A DNA stretch of 64,000 bases from contig OZ252146.1 in assembly GCA_965248735.1 (NCBI GenBank), positions 4,120,756 through 4,184,755 on the forward strand, written 5' to 3'. The notes under the pieces are model-generated. The model did not search any database and had not been told where the DNA came from. It saw nothing but the letters and a program-made list of their open reading frames with translations. Positions 22,329-31,804 of this stretch are shown here, in pieces; within the stretch, counting starts at the first letter, position 1, and each line of letters begins with the position of its first letter. A program made the position numbers and the translations under genes. Source of the DNA: Candidatus Aldehydirespirator sp. (GTDB taxonomy: Bacteria; Actinomycetota; Acidimicrobiia; Acidimicrobiales; Aldehydirespiratoraceae).

Positions 22329-23141
22329 TCAGACGGTGTAGCCGCCGTCGACGGCGAGGTGCTGGCCGGTGATGTAGCGGGCCCGGTCCGAGGCCAGGAA
22401 GCACACCGCCTCGGCGATGTCGGAGGCAGTGCCGAAGCTGCGCAACGGGATGTTGGCCCGGGCCGCGTCGAGGGCCCTCTCATCGAGATCGCCCGAGGAC
22501 ATCAGCCGCTGGGCCATGCCGTCGGTAAGCATCCCCGGACCCACGCTGTTGACCCGCACGCCGAAACGCCCCTCCTCCGCGGCCAATCCCCGCACAGCGG
22601 CCTCCACCGCCGCCTTGGGGACGGTGCTGAGGCCGTCTCGAACCGGGAACCGGCCGGTGCCCGCCGTGGTGACCGCCACGACGCTGCCTCTGGCTGCACG
22701 CAGGTGCGGCAGCGCGGCGTGGACCGCGGTGAAGAAGCCGGCCGCCTCGGCGTCGAGCTGAGCCCGCATCGCAGCCGGCTCCGTGCGGCTCAGGTGGACC
22801 TGCGGGACGTGGGGTCCGGCCGCGTACACCATTGTGTGCAGGCCTCCAGACGCGGCGGCCAATTCCTCCATCGCGGCGGCCGTGGAGGAATCATCGGTGA
22901 GGTCGACGGCCGCGATCCAGTTCCGGCGGCCGCGGCGCTCCACCTCTGCGGCCGCGGCCGCGGCCGCCTCGGCGTTGTTGCGGTACGTGAGGGCCACGTC
23001 GCTGCCCCGCGCAGCCAGCGCCGCCGCGATGACGGAACCGAGTCCGCCGCTGCCCCCCACCACCAGCGCGGCGCCGGGCCGCCCCGCAAAATCCTGCCCT
23101 AGGTCCAGCTCGCCCACCGCCTCAGCCTGCCCGCGAGGCAT
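22329..23141 (-). CDS. SDR family oxidoreductase
   Basis: VGGSGGLG Rossmann motif; RVNSVGPG; ITGQHLAVDGG. Confidence 0.88.
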   Translation of the reverse strand: MPRGQAEAVGELDLGQDFAGRPGAALVVGGSGGLGSVIAAALAARGSDVALTYRNNAEAAAAAAAEVERRGRRNWIAAVDLTDDSSTAAAMEELAAASGGLHTMVYAAGPHVPQVHLSRTEPAAMRAQLDAEAAGFFTAVHAALPHLRAARGSVVAVTTAGTGRFPVRDGLSTVPKAAVEAAVRGLAAEEGRFGVRVNSVGPGMLTDGMAQRLMSSGDLDERALDAARANIPLRSFGTASDIAEAVCFLASDRARYITGQHLAVDGGYTV

Positions 23142-23790
23142 CCGCTCGCCAACCGCGGCGCAGCAGCGTGGTCAGATCGCGGATCGGACGATCCGGTAGC
23201 GACCTGGCGATTTCCGGGATCGCCGGGTCGAGGCGGCCTTCGGCCAGGGTCCGGAACTTGCGCTCGATCTCCTCGTCGCCGAGCGGATCGTGCATCGAGC
23301 CTCGCGGGCCGTGGACGGTCCGCTCCAACACCCGGCCGTCGTTCAGGTTGATCTCCACCCGGGCGCCCTGCTTCCAGGCGTAGGTGGCGTCGAAGGTGGG
23401 ATCGGGCAGGGTGGCGGCCACCGCCAATGCGGCGGGCACGACAACCGCGCCGGGATGGTTGACGGCCTCTTCGTGGACGTCGTCGAGTTCGAAGGCGTGC
23501 GCGGCGGCTCCGTTGGCGAAGGCGGCCATGGCCGGCGAGGCGGTGTCGGGCCAACCCACGATCGTGCAGGCTCCCCCGCGGCCGGTGGCCACAGCGTGTC
23601 GGGCCGCGGCCCGCGACCACGGCTGCTCGGCGCCGTAGGCGATCGCGCCGAGGGTGTCGATCACGCAGTTGCCAGCCGCCGCGATGCGGGCCGGGGCGAT
23701 CCTGCCGTCCAGTCCGCTGAGGAAGTCGGCCAGCTCGGCTGACCGCGACGGCGCCGCGGCCGGTGAGATTCCCTGCCCCGGCTGTGCCAT
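23122..23790 (-). pseudogene. MmgE/PrpD family gene with large in-frame internal deletion
   Basis: N-terminal motifs (CVIDTLG, NGAAAHAFELDDVH, HPGAVVVPAALA) join directly near 23415 to C-terminal motifs (ARVEI, PRGSMHDPL, ERKFR); 222 aa versus about 450 aa typical. Confidence 0.75.
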
Positions 23791-23852
23791 TCAGCCGGCG
23801 TCGCCCGAAGCCGCGACCAGCAAGCTCTGAGCCGTCCCCGGTCGGGCCATGG

Positions 23853-24938
23853 TTAGACGGCGTCACCGAGGGCCGCGAGCAGCAGGTCCTGAAGGTGGCG
23901 CACGGAGTTCTCGCTGTGGACGTCGCAGGTGCCGCTGGGGTCCATGATCAGCGGACCGGGCCGGTAGCCCCGGCTGGAGACGCCCCGCTGCACCGACTCG
24001 ACGATCACGAAGTCCTCCCATGCGGTGTTGTCCCAATCCTCTGTGATGAGCTTCGACTGCTCCTCGGTCAGCTGAGCGCTCGGGAACCACCACTCGCGGA
24101 TCAGCCGCGTGCGGTCGACGGCCGCAGGCACCCAGCGGAAGGTGTTGATGACCTGACCCGGATAGCACTGGATGGAAGAGACCGGCCAGGTGTAGAACGA
24201 GCCGTAGCCGCCGGCCGCGTCGTTCGAGTCGCTGGGTGCGCCACGCGGCCGCGGGCCCTCGGCGGTGTGCCGGATCACGCCGCCGTGCATCGAGATCCGG
24301 TAGCTGCCGGGCGAGATTACCCCCGCGGTGAACCACTTGTGCACGTTGGGGCAGTCGTAGCACTCGTTGTAGTTCTCCACCACCAGCTTCCAGTTGGACT
24401 GCACCTCGTGGGTGTTGCGGGCCGCCAGCACCCGCTGGGGCGCGTCGGGCGCCAGGGCGAGCAATTCGTCCTCCACGCCGGGAGCGGCCTCCACTAACGG
24501 CACGGCGCCGGGATCGAGGTTGACGAACATGAACCCGGCCTGGAACTCCAGTCGCACCGCAGGCACGCACAGCTCCCCGACGCTCTCGCCCCGCGCGTGC
24601 ACGAGCCGCCCGTCGAGCCCGTAGGTCCAGGCGTGGTAGGGGCAGGTGATCCGGTCGAGGTGCACCCTCTCGGAGGTCACCAGCTGGTGGCCGCGGTGCT
24701 GGCACACGTTGTACATGGCCCGCAGCCTCCCGCCGTCGTTGGCGATCAGCACGCTCTCGTCGCCGACCTCGGCGGTGATGACCGTGCCCGGCACGGCGAC
24801 CTGCGAGACGTGACCCACCATCACCCAGCTCCGAGCGAAGATTCGCTCCATCTCCGCGGCGAACACCGCCGCGTCGGTGTAGTAGCGCGCCGCCAGCCCG
24901 CGGGGGCGCTCGATGGTCGCAGAACCGTCCGTCGACAT
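23853..24938 (-). CDS. Rieske non-heme iron oxygenase alpha subunit (choline/carnitine monooxygenase-like)
   Basis: CQHRGH...CPYHAWTY Rieske motif; NWKLVVENYNECYDCPNVH (His to Asp at an iron ligand); GAAGGAGG RBS before ATG 24938. Confidence 0.88.
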   Translation of the reverse strand: MSTDGSATIERPRGLAARYYTDAAVFAAEMERIFARSWVMVGHVSQVAVPGTVITAEVGDESVLIANDGGRLRAMYNVCQHRGHQLVTSERVHLDRITCPYHAWTYGLDGRLVHARGESVGELCVPAVRLEFQAGFMFVNLDPGAVPLVEAAPGVEDELLALAPDAPQRVLAARNTHEVQSNWKLVVENYNECYDCPNVHKWFTAGVISPGSYRISMHGGVIRHTAEGPRPRGAPSDSNDAAGGYGSFYTWPVSSIQCYPGQVINTFRWVPAAVDRTRLIREWWFPSAQLTEEQSKLITEDWDNTAWEDFVIVESVQRGVSSRGYRPGPLIMDPSGTCDVHSENSVRHLQDLLLAALGDAV

Positions 24939-25004
24939 GTCGCTCGCCTCCTTCACTTGGGAGCGTGCGGGTGGGTGTCAACACCTCGCGATACAGAATG
25001 ACGG

Positions 25005-25103
25005 TTCCCGCTCTCGTTCGCTGCGCTCACAGGCCGCTCGGGCCACGGCCTCGCTCCGCACCTCCCGAAATCCTCGTCAGACACGGCCTACCCGCTCGGC
25101 CTC
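25005..25103. repeat. Dispersed REP-like intergenic element, copy 1
   Basis: 25005-25044 matches 41008-41047 (37/40). 25026-25063 matches 41129-41166 (35/38), and both are followed after 28 nt by CCGCTCGGCCTC. Confidence 0.8.
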
Positions 25104-25107
25104 TTGG

Positions 25108-26220
25108 TCACGGCAGGTCCGCCAGCGCGTCCACTAGGCGATCCATCCGCTCGGGCAGATTCGCGTCGCAGCGCAGGAAGCGCTTGTGCAGGCCCCGGAA
25201 CGACACCGAGCCGTCCTTGACGATCACGCCCCGCTCCAGCAGGCCCTCGAAGACCCCGGTGGAGTCGATGCCGGGGTCGCAGATCTCGACGAGGAAGAAG
25301 TTGGACCGGCTGCCGGGCACCATCCGGAAACGGTCGAGCTCGGCGAAGCGGGCCTGCGCGTGGGCCCGACCCTTGGAGATCACGGCCACGGTGGCGTCAA
25401 CATGGTCCTTGTCGTCAAGGGCCGCGGCCGCGCCCGCCGTCTGCAGAACGCCCATGTTCCAGGTCGGCTTCACCGCCAGGCACGCATCGACCACCGGCTT
25501 CGGCCCCACCCCGAAACCGACCCGCAGGCCCGCGAGGCCGAAGGCCTTGGAGAAGGTGCGCAGCACCACCAGGTTCGCGTACTCGTCGGCCAGATGGATG
25601 TAGCCGGGTGTGCCCGAGTAGTGCACGTAGGCCTCGTCGAGCACCACCAGAGCCTCGGGCGCGGCCTCAATGATGCGCCGAACATCGCCCTCGGTCATCC
25701 ATGTGCCCGACGGGCTGTGCGGGTTGGTCACGAACACGATGCGGGTGTCTTCACCGATGGCGTCGACGTACGCACCAACGTCCACGGCCATGGTGCGGCG
25801 GTCGGTGGACTCGTGCACCAGCACCGGGACCCTGCCCTCGGCCTCGGCGAACAGGTGGTAGATCGGAAAGCACGGGCCAGGCATCTGGATACGCTCTCCC
25901 GGCTCGCAGAACGCCCGGATGAGCCAGGAGATAATCTCGGTCTCACCCGCGCCGCACATCACCCGCTCGGGCTCGAAGCCATAGACCTGCGAGACCTTCT
26001 CCCGCAACGGCTCAGCCGTCCAGGACGGATACAGATGCAGGTCGTCCAGCCGCTCGCGGATCGCCTGCACCGCCAGCGGCGAGGCACCCAGGGGATTCTC
26101 GGCGGAGCTGAGCTTGGCGATGGCAGCACCGCTGACGCCGTAGCGGGCAGCCACGTAGTCGACAGGCAAGCCGGGCACGTAGAACTCCGGGTCGTCCAGC
26201 CCGGGATGCGACAGACGCAC
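25108..26220 (-). CDS. Histidinol-phosphate aminotransferase family protein (class I/II PLP)
   Basis: KLSSAENPLG, VTNPHSPSG, LDEAY, RTFSKAFGLAGLRVG motifs. Confidence 0.88.
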   Translation of the reverse strand: MRLSHPGLDDPEFYVPGLPVDYVAARYGVSGAAIAKLSSAENPLGASPLAVQAIRERLDDLHLYPSWTAEPLREKVSQVYGFEPERVMCGAGETEIISWLIRAFCEPGERIQMPGPCFPIYHLFAEAEGRVPVLVHESTDRRTMAVDVGAYVDAIGEDTRIVFVTNPHSPSGTWMTEGDVRRIIEAAPEALVVLDEAYVHYSGTPGYIHLADEYANLVVLRTFSKAFGLAGLRVGFGVGPKPVVDACLAVKPTWNMGVLQTAGAAAALDDKDHVDATVAVISKGRAHAQARFAELDRFRMVPGSRSNFFLVEICDPGIDSTGVFEGLLERGVIVKDGSVSFRGLHKRFLRCDANLPERMDRLVDALADLP

Positions 26221-26349
26221 TCGACCTCCTGTCTCGTGTGGTCGGCACCGCCCAATCGGTTGCCCTCGAACGCGTATTGTGCCCCATCCGCGGCGCTAGC
26301 GTCGCGCTCCGGCGTCCGCGGGCGGCGAAGCTTCTAACGGAGGGGCAGG

Positions 26350-28001
26350 ATGGTTGGAGGACCGGTTGTGCCCGACCATCCCGGACTCGCCGCCGCCGGG
26401 CTGCCTGCCTCTGCCCGGGTCGTGATCATCGGCGGCGGAATATGTGGCGCCAGCGCGCTGTATCACCTGGCCCACGAGGGCTGGACCGACACCGTCCTCA
26501 TCGAGAAGGCCGAGCTCACCTCCGGCTCAACCTGGCACGCCGCGGGCCAGGTCACGCACTCGGTGTCGAGCTACGCGCTGGCCGAGTTCCGCCACTACGC
26601 CAGCGAGTTGTACGCGTCACTGGAGGACGAGAGCGGTGTGGCCACCTCGTGGCACCGGAGCGGCAGCCTCAGGGTGGCCTACAACACCGAGGAGGTGGAC
26701 TGGCTGACGGCCCAGCTCGGCCCGGCCCAGTACGTGGGCAACGCCATGGAGTGGGTCGGCCCGCGGCGCATCGCCGCGCTGCATCCCTTCTATGCAACCG
26801 ACGGGATGCTTGGCGCGGTCCACACCCCCGACGACGGCCACGCGGACCCCGCCGGCGCCGCCAATGCCATGGTGCGGGCCGCCCGCAACCTGGGCGCGGC
26901 GATCAGCCGCCGCAACCGGGTGCTCGGCATCCGGCGGCGGCGCGACGGCAGCTTCGACGTCGACACCGGGCGGGGCACCGTGCACGCTGAGCACGTCGTG
27001 AACGCGGCCGGCTGCTACGCGCACAGGGTGGCCCGCATGGTGGGGCTCGACGTGCCGATCGCCAACGTGCTGCACACCTACCTGCTGACCGAACCGGTGC
27101 CGCAGTTCGCCGATCTCGACCGCGAGTTGCCGGTCGTGCGCACTCCCCTGTACGGGCGCCTTCACGACAAGGGCGCGGTGTTCACGCACGTCGACGGCTG
27201 GGAACGGCCCAAGTGGTTCCCCTCTGTGGCCGGGCTCCCGCAGCGGGACATGGTGTCGTTCCGCCACACCGGCTGGTTCGACACGGTGGCCGAGGAGTGC
27301 CGGGCCGTGCGCGAGCGGGTCGGGATCCTCGACGCCACCGCATTCGCCAAGTTCGATCTGATCGGTCCCGACGCGGCTGCGGTGCTCGACCATCTGACCA
27401 CCAACACCGTGCCCGCTGTCGGGCGCATCGGCCTCACCTACCTGCTCACGCCGCAGGCTCGGATCGAGAGCGAGTTGACCGTCACCCGCCTGGCCAACGA
27501 TCGCCTCTACCTGGTGTCTGCGGCCGCGGGCGAGGGCAAGGACCGGGAGTTCTTCGAGACGCACTGGCCCGACGGTGCCGACGCCGAGCTCGTGACCCGG
27601 TCGATGCAGCTCGGCGTGCTGAATGTGACCGGGCCCGCGGCCCGGCGCCTGCTGGCCCGCCTAACCGACGCCGGTCTGAGCAATGAGGCCTTCGGATGGC
27701 TGCGGGGGCGGATCATCACCGTGGCCGGCGTGGAGGGTGTGCGAGCCCTCAGGGTGGGATTCACCGGGGAGCTGGGCTGGGAGCTGCACCTGCCCGTCGA
27801 AGACCTCGCGGCCGTCTACGACGCCCTGTGGGCCGCGGGCGCGCCCTTGGGCGTGGCCGACGCCGGCCATTCGCCTACCTGGCGCCCGAGCACGCCGAGC
27901 CCGGCACCGAACTGGAGGTGCGCGTCGTGGGCGACTTGCGGGCCGCCCGCGTGCTCGGCGAGGCCGTCCATGATCCGATGAACACGCGTCTGCGTGCCTA
28001 G
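26350..28001 (+). pseudogene. GcvT-family FAD-dependent oxidoreductase (dimethylglycine/sarcosine dehydrogenase-like) with two internal deletions
   Basis: IIGGGICG, GSTWHAAG N-terminus; in-frame jump LPVVR/TPLYGRL near 27141; frameshifting jump near 27867, with the C-terminus (FAYLAPEH...HDPMNTRLRA) in another frame ending at 28001. Confidence 0.8.
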
Positions 28002-28108
28002 GAGACTGCTGAGCAAGTGGTGTGGCAGCTGGCGATGGGGCGGGGTTGGAGCGGCCGGTTGGCCGGTTGGGGCGGTGGGGTTGGGGCGCGCGGCGCGGCG
28101 CGGGCGTT

Positions 28109-29785
28109 TCAGAGGGTGAAGGCGCCGTTGTCGTGGGTGACGCCGAGGTTGGTGAGGCGCACGAGGTTGACGGCGGCGGCTCTGGTGGTGAGCCAGAGGT
28201 GGTTGGCGGCGACGCCCCGGTAGGGGACGCGTCTGGCTTTGTTGCGGGTGAGCCACGCGATGGAGCGTTCGGCCATGGGGCGGTGCTGTTGGTAGGCGCC
28301 CTGGGTGGCGGGCTGGGCCCAGCGGGTCTTGTTGGCTTGTCGGCGGTGGTGGTGTGCGTCCACGGTGACGCTGCGCCCGGCGGCGGAGGTGGTGCAGCGG
28401 GCGCGCAGGGGGCAGCCGCGGCAGAGCGCGCCGAAGCGGGCCGCGCCGGAGGTGACGGCTTTGGTGTGCCCGGCGGGGCAGGTCACGGTCTGTGCGTCGG
28501 TGTCGATGGTGAAGTCGTCTCGGGTGAAGCCGCCTGTGATGCGCGGCTTGGGGTCGATGGGCTTGATGGCGGTGTCGTAGCCGGCGGCCGCGAACGCGTC
28601 GAGCGCCTCGCCCGACGCGTAGGCCGAGTCGGCCAGCACCAGCCCCACGAACCCCTCAGCGCCGACGTCGCCAACAGCGGCGGTGTCGGTGTCGGCGGTG
28701 TCGGTGTCGGCGGTGTCGGTGTCGGCGGTGTCGGTGTCGGCGGTGTCGGCGGTGTCGGTGTCGGCGGTGTCGGCGGTGTCGGCGGTGGCGGTGTCGGCGG
28801 TGTTGTGGGGGGCTGTGGGGTCCTGTTGGAGGAGGCGGGGGCCGACTTGGGCGTCTGATGTGTCCGCTGTGGTGAGTTCTGCTGCGGTGATGAGCCCGGT
28901 GTCGGGCTCGGCGCAGATGTGGGCCTTGTAGCCGTCGCTGCGCTGCGAGCGGGACTTGCGGGCGTGGCGGGCCTCGGGGTCCACTGTGGATATGACCCGG
29001 CCCGTCGCGACACGGCGCGCTATGCGCCAGCGACCCGGCACCTTGGGGTCGGCCTCGACGTCTTGGCCGGCCACCACCGCCAAAAGCGTCGCCGCCTGGG
29101 CCTGCTCGTCGCTGAGCTCTGAGCCGTCGAGCGCGTCGAGCACCGCCCGGGCGTCGGTGACCAGATCGTCGATGAGCCAGGCCCGCTCGTCGGGGTCGCC
29201 CCAGTCGCACACCGGCTTGGCGCGGCTGTCGTAGTCATGGGCCAGCACCAACGCGGCCGCCTGCGGCGCCAGCCTGCGCACACGCCGTATCTGCGCGCCG
29301 ATCATCGTGACCGTGTCCTGGGTCGCGACCGCGTCATACAGCACCGTGGAGTCCAACGCCCGCCGCGTCCTCTTTGACAGCGCCCCGCACTCAGCGGCCA
29401 CCTCGCGCACCGCGTCGAAGATCCGCTCGGGGCGCTCACTGGCGCGCAGCCTCTGACGCCACAGCGTCAACACGCTCGCGTCGAAGCCCTCGTCGTCGAT
29501 GCCCAGGCCCGCCGCGGCCTTCCAGCGCACATCGCAGCGCAGCCGCTCCACCGCCTCGCGGTCCGAGCAGCCCTCCAACGCCTGCAGCACCATCACCACC
29601 GCGATCACCGACCCCGGCACCGACGGGCGGCCCCGACCCCCGAACAGATCGGCGAACAACCCGTCACCGAACAGCCTCAGCCGGTGCTCGGCCAAGAACC
29701 GATACACCGACCCCTCGCGCACCAGAGCCCCGCACAGCCCCAACGCGTCCAACAGTTCCCGATCCGGCTTCTCAGTGCCCTGCAT
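28109..29785 (-). CDS. IS1182-family DDE transposase
   Basis: LQALEGCSDREAVERLRCDVRW, LDSTVLYDAVATQDT, ISTVDPEARH, GYKAH, RPMAERSIAWL; ATG 29785 lies inside the IR (the longer listed ORF crosses the IS end). Confidence 0.9.
   Translation of the reverse strand: MQGTEKPDRELLDALGLCGALVREGSVYRFLAEHRLRLFGDGLFADLFGGRGRPSVPGSVIAVVMVLQALEGCSDREAVERLRCDVRWKAAAGLGIDDEGFDASVLTLWRQRLRASERPERIFDAVREVAAECGALSKRTRRALDSTVLYDAVATQDTVTMIGAQIRRVRRLAPQAAALVLAHDYDSRAKPVCDWGDPDERAWLIDDLVTDARAVLDALDGSELSDEQAQAATLLAVVAGQDVEADPKVPGRWRIARRVATGRVISTVDPEARHARKSRSQRSDGYKAHICAEPDTGLITAAELTTADTSDAQVGPRLLQQDPTAPHNTADTATADTADTADTDTADTADTDTADTDTADTDTADTDTAAVGDVGAEGFVGLVLADSAYASGEALDAFAAAGYDTAIKPIDPKPRITGGFTRDDFTIDTDAQTVTCPAGHTKAVTSGAARFGALCRGCPLRARCTTSAAGRSVTVDAHHHRRQANKTRWAQPATQGAYQQHRPMAERSIAWLTRNKARRVPYRGVAANHLWLTTRAAAVNLVRLTNLGVTHDNGAFTL
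28680..28802. repeat. In-frame VNTR inside the transposase (15-bp GCGGTGTCGGTGTCG and 9-bp GCGGTGTCG units)
   Basis: Read directly; encodes a TADTDTAD-type acidic low-complexity tract. Confidence 0.95.
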
Positions 29786-29875
29786 ACCCCCGATTCTCCC
29801 ACACCCACCCACACGATCGCGAGCACCCCGGCCCGAATTACTCAGCAGTCTCCTAGAGAACAGGGAGCAACGAGC

Positions 29876-30643
29876 ATGATCCCGATCCTCGTGCTGTGGG
29901 CGGTACCCCGCTCGACCTCGACCGCCTTCGAGCGGATGATGAGCCAGCGCGGCGATCACACCTGCGTCCACGAGCCCTTCGGCGAGGTGTGGTACTCGAT
30001 CGGCAACGACACCCGCCCGCCGGACAGCCACATCCAGCGCCGGCCGGAACTCAGCTACGAGTCGGTGTGGGAGGAGCTGGTGTCGGCGGCCAGGAGGGGG
30101 CCGGTGTTCATGAAGGACTTCCCCTACTACGTCACCCACATGCACGACTGGGTCGTCCCCGGCGCCGGTCCCGACGGCGCGGACTTGCCGTTCCTCGACG
30201 CGTTCAACCACTCCTTCTTGATACGCGACCCGGCCAAGACGCTGACCTCGATGTACGCGCAGTGGACGGACTTCACCCTGTCCGAGACCGGCTTCGTCGA
30301 GCAGCGGGAGTTGTTCGACCTGCTGACGCAGCGCACCGGCACGCCGCCGCCGCTGATCGACGCCGACGACCTGCTCGACGACCCCCACGGCGTGACGGCC
30401 GCATGGTGTGAGGCGGTGGGCATTGACTTCAAGCCCGAGGCGCTCGAGTGGGGCGCCGCCAAGGCGTCCGCTCTGACCTGGTACGAGACCGGCACCTGGC
30501 ACGACAACCTCGCCCAGTCCACCACGCTGTCACGCCAGAAGCGCGAGTATGTGTCGATCGACCACAACCAGCATCTGAGGGACGCACACGAGGCCTGCCT
30601 GCCCCACTACCAGGCCATGCACGCCCACCGGCTCACCCGATGA
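29876..30643 (+). CDS. Sulfotransferase-like P-loop protein
   Basis: LWAVPRSTSTAFER...HEPF, FLIRDP motifs; GGGAG RBS before ATG 29876. Confidence 0.8.
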   Translation: MIPILVLWAVPRSTSTAFERMMSQRGDHTCVHEPFGEVWYSIGNDTRPPDSHIQRRPELSYESVWEELVSAARRGPVFMKDFPYYVTHMHDWVVPGAGPDGADLPFLDAFNHSFLIRDPAKTLTSMYAQWTDFTLSETGFVEQRELFDLLTQRTGTPPPLIDADDLLDDPHGVTAAWCEAVGIDFKPEALEWGAAKASALTWYETGTWHDNLAQSTTLSRQKREYVSIDHNQHLRDAHEACLPHYQAMHAHRLTR

Positions 30644-30649
30644 TCTCAG

Positions 30650-31804
30650 ATGTCGCCGACCGTGCCCGATTCTGACCTGCCCGCGGCGATGCGGGCCGCG
30701 GTGCTGCTCGGCACCGGCGGGCCGGAGATGCTGGTGGTGCGCGACGACGTGGGTGTGCCCAGCCCCGGGCGGGGCGATGTGCTGGTACGGGTCGCCGCCT
30801 GCGGGATGAACAACACCGACATCAATACCCGGGTCGGGTGGTACAGCCGGACGGTCACGTCCGCCACCTCAGGGGAGGGCTTCCACGAGGCCGACGTCCA
30901 CGACTCGGGCTGGGGCCGCCGGGGCCTCTCGTTCCCCCGGATCCAGGGTGCCGACATCGCGGGCGTGGTGGTCGCGGCCGGCGACGGCGCAGATGGCGGC
31001 CTGGTGGGGCGCCGGGTGCTGGTAGACCCGTGGCTGCGGGACAGGGACCGGCCCGGCGACCGCGAACTCGCGGGTTACCTGGGGAGCGAGCGAGACGGCG
31101 GCTTCGCGGAGTTCTGCGCGGTGCCGGGCGAGAACGTGTACCCGGTGTCGACCGGACTCTCGGATGTGGAGCTGGCCAGCTTCGCCTGCTCGTGGTCCAC
31201 CGCCGAGCACATGCTGCAGCGGGCAGGGCTGCGCCCGGACGAGTCGATCGCGGTGCCGGGAGCGTCGGGCGGCGTGGGCAGCGCGCTGGTACAACTCGCC
31301 AAGCGGCGCGGGGCCCGCGTGGTCGCCGTCGCGGGGGCGTCCAAGCTCGAGCAGGTGAGCGACCTGGGCGCCGACGCCGCGGTGGCACGCGAATCGGCCG
31401 ATGTCGTCGCGGCGGCCACCGCCGCCAACCGCGGCCGCTTCGACGTGGTCGCCGACATCGTGGGGGGAGACTGCTTCGGCGACTGGCTCGAGGCGCTGGG
31501 CCGCGGCGGTCGCTACGTGACCTCGGGGGCCATCGCCGGGCCGGTGGTGGACCTCGACCTGCGCACGCTGTACCTGAACGACCTGCAGCTCCATGGCGCC
31601 ACCGTCTACGAGTCGCAGGTGTTCGCCGATCTCGTCGGCTACATCGAGCGGGGCGAGGTCCGCCCCGTGGTGGGCGGCACCTATCCGCTGGAGAAGATCA
31701 AGGCCGCGCAGCAGGCCTTCGACGCCAAGCGCCACGTCGGAAGCCTGGTGATCACCGTCGCGCCGGGTGTGATCAGCCCTCAGCCGCTAGCGCTGTCGAC
31801 GTAG
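30650..31804 (+). CDS. MDR-family alcohol dehydrogenase / quinone oxidoreductase-like protein
   Basis: VRVAACGMNNTD, IQGADIAG, GASGGVG motifs. Confidence 0.88.
   Translation: MSPTVPDSDLPAAMRAAVLLGTGGPEMLVVRDDVGVPSPGRGDVLVRVAACGMNNTDINTRVGWYSRTVTSATSGEGFHEADVHDSGWGRRGLSFPRIQGADIAGVVVAAGDGADGGLVGRRVLVDPWLRDRDRPGDRELAGYLGSERDGGFAEFCAVPGENVYPVSTGLSDVELASFACSWSTAEHMLQRAGLRPDESIAVPGASGGVGSALVQLAKRRGARVVAVAGASKLEQVSDLGADAAVARESADVVAAATAANRGRFDVVADIVGGDCFGDWLEALGRGGRYVTSGAIAGPVVDLDLRTLYLNDLQLHGATVYESQVFADLVGYIERGEVRPVVGGTYPLEKIKAAQQAFDAKRHVGSLVITVAPGVISPQPLALST

Larger units (their letters stand above)
28002..29852 (-). mobile_element. IS1182-family insertion sequence
   Basis: Terminal IRs GAGACTGCTGAGCAA (28002-28016) and TTACTCAGCAGTCTC (29838-29852); CTAG on both sides (27998-28001, 29853-29856). 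Confidence 0.9.

Noticed and set aside
26221-26349. Glycine riboswitch before the GcvT-family gene
   Set aside because: No GGAGA...GCCGAAG / CUCUCAGG elements seen.
29786-30502. N-terminal extension of the transposase ORF to 797 aa
   Set aside because: It crosses the IS terminal repeat and is antisense to the sulfotransferase gene.
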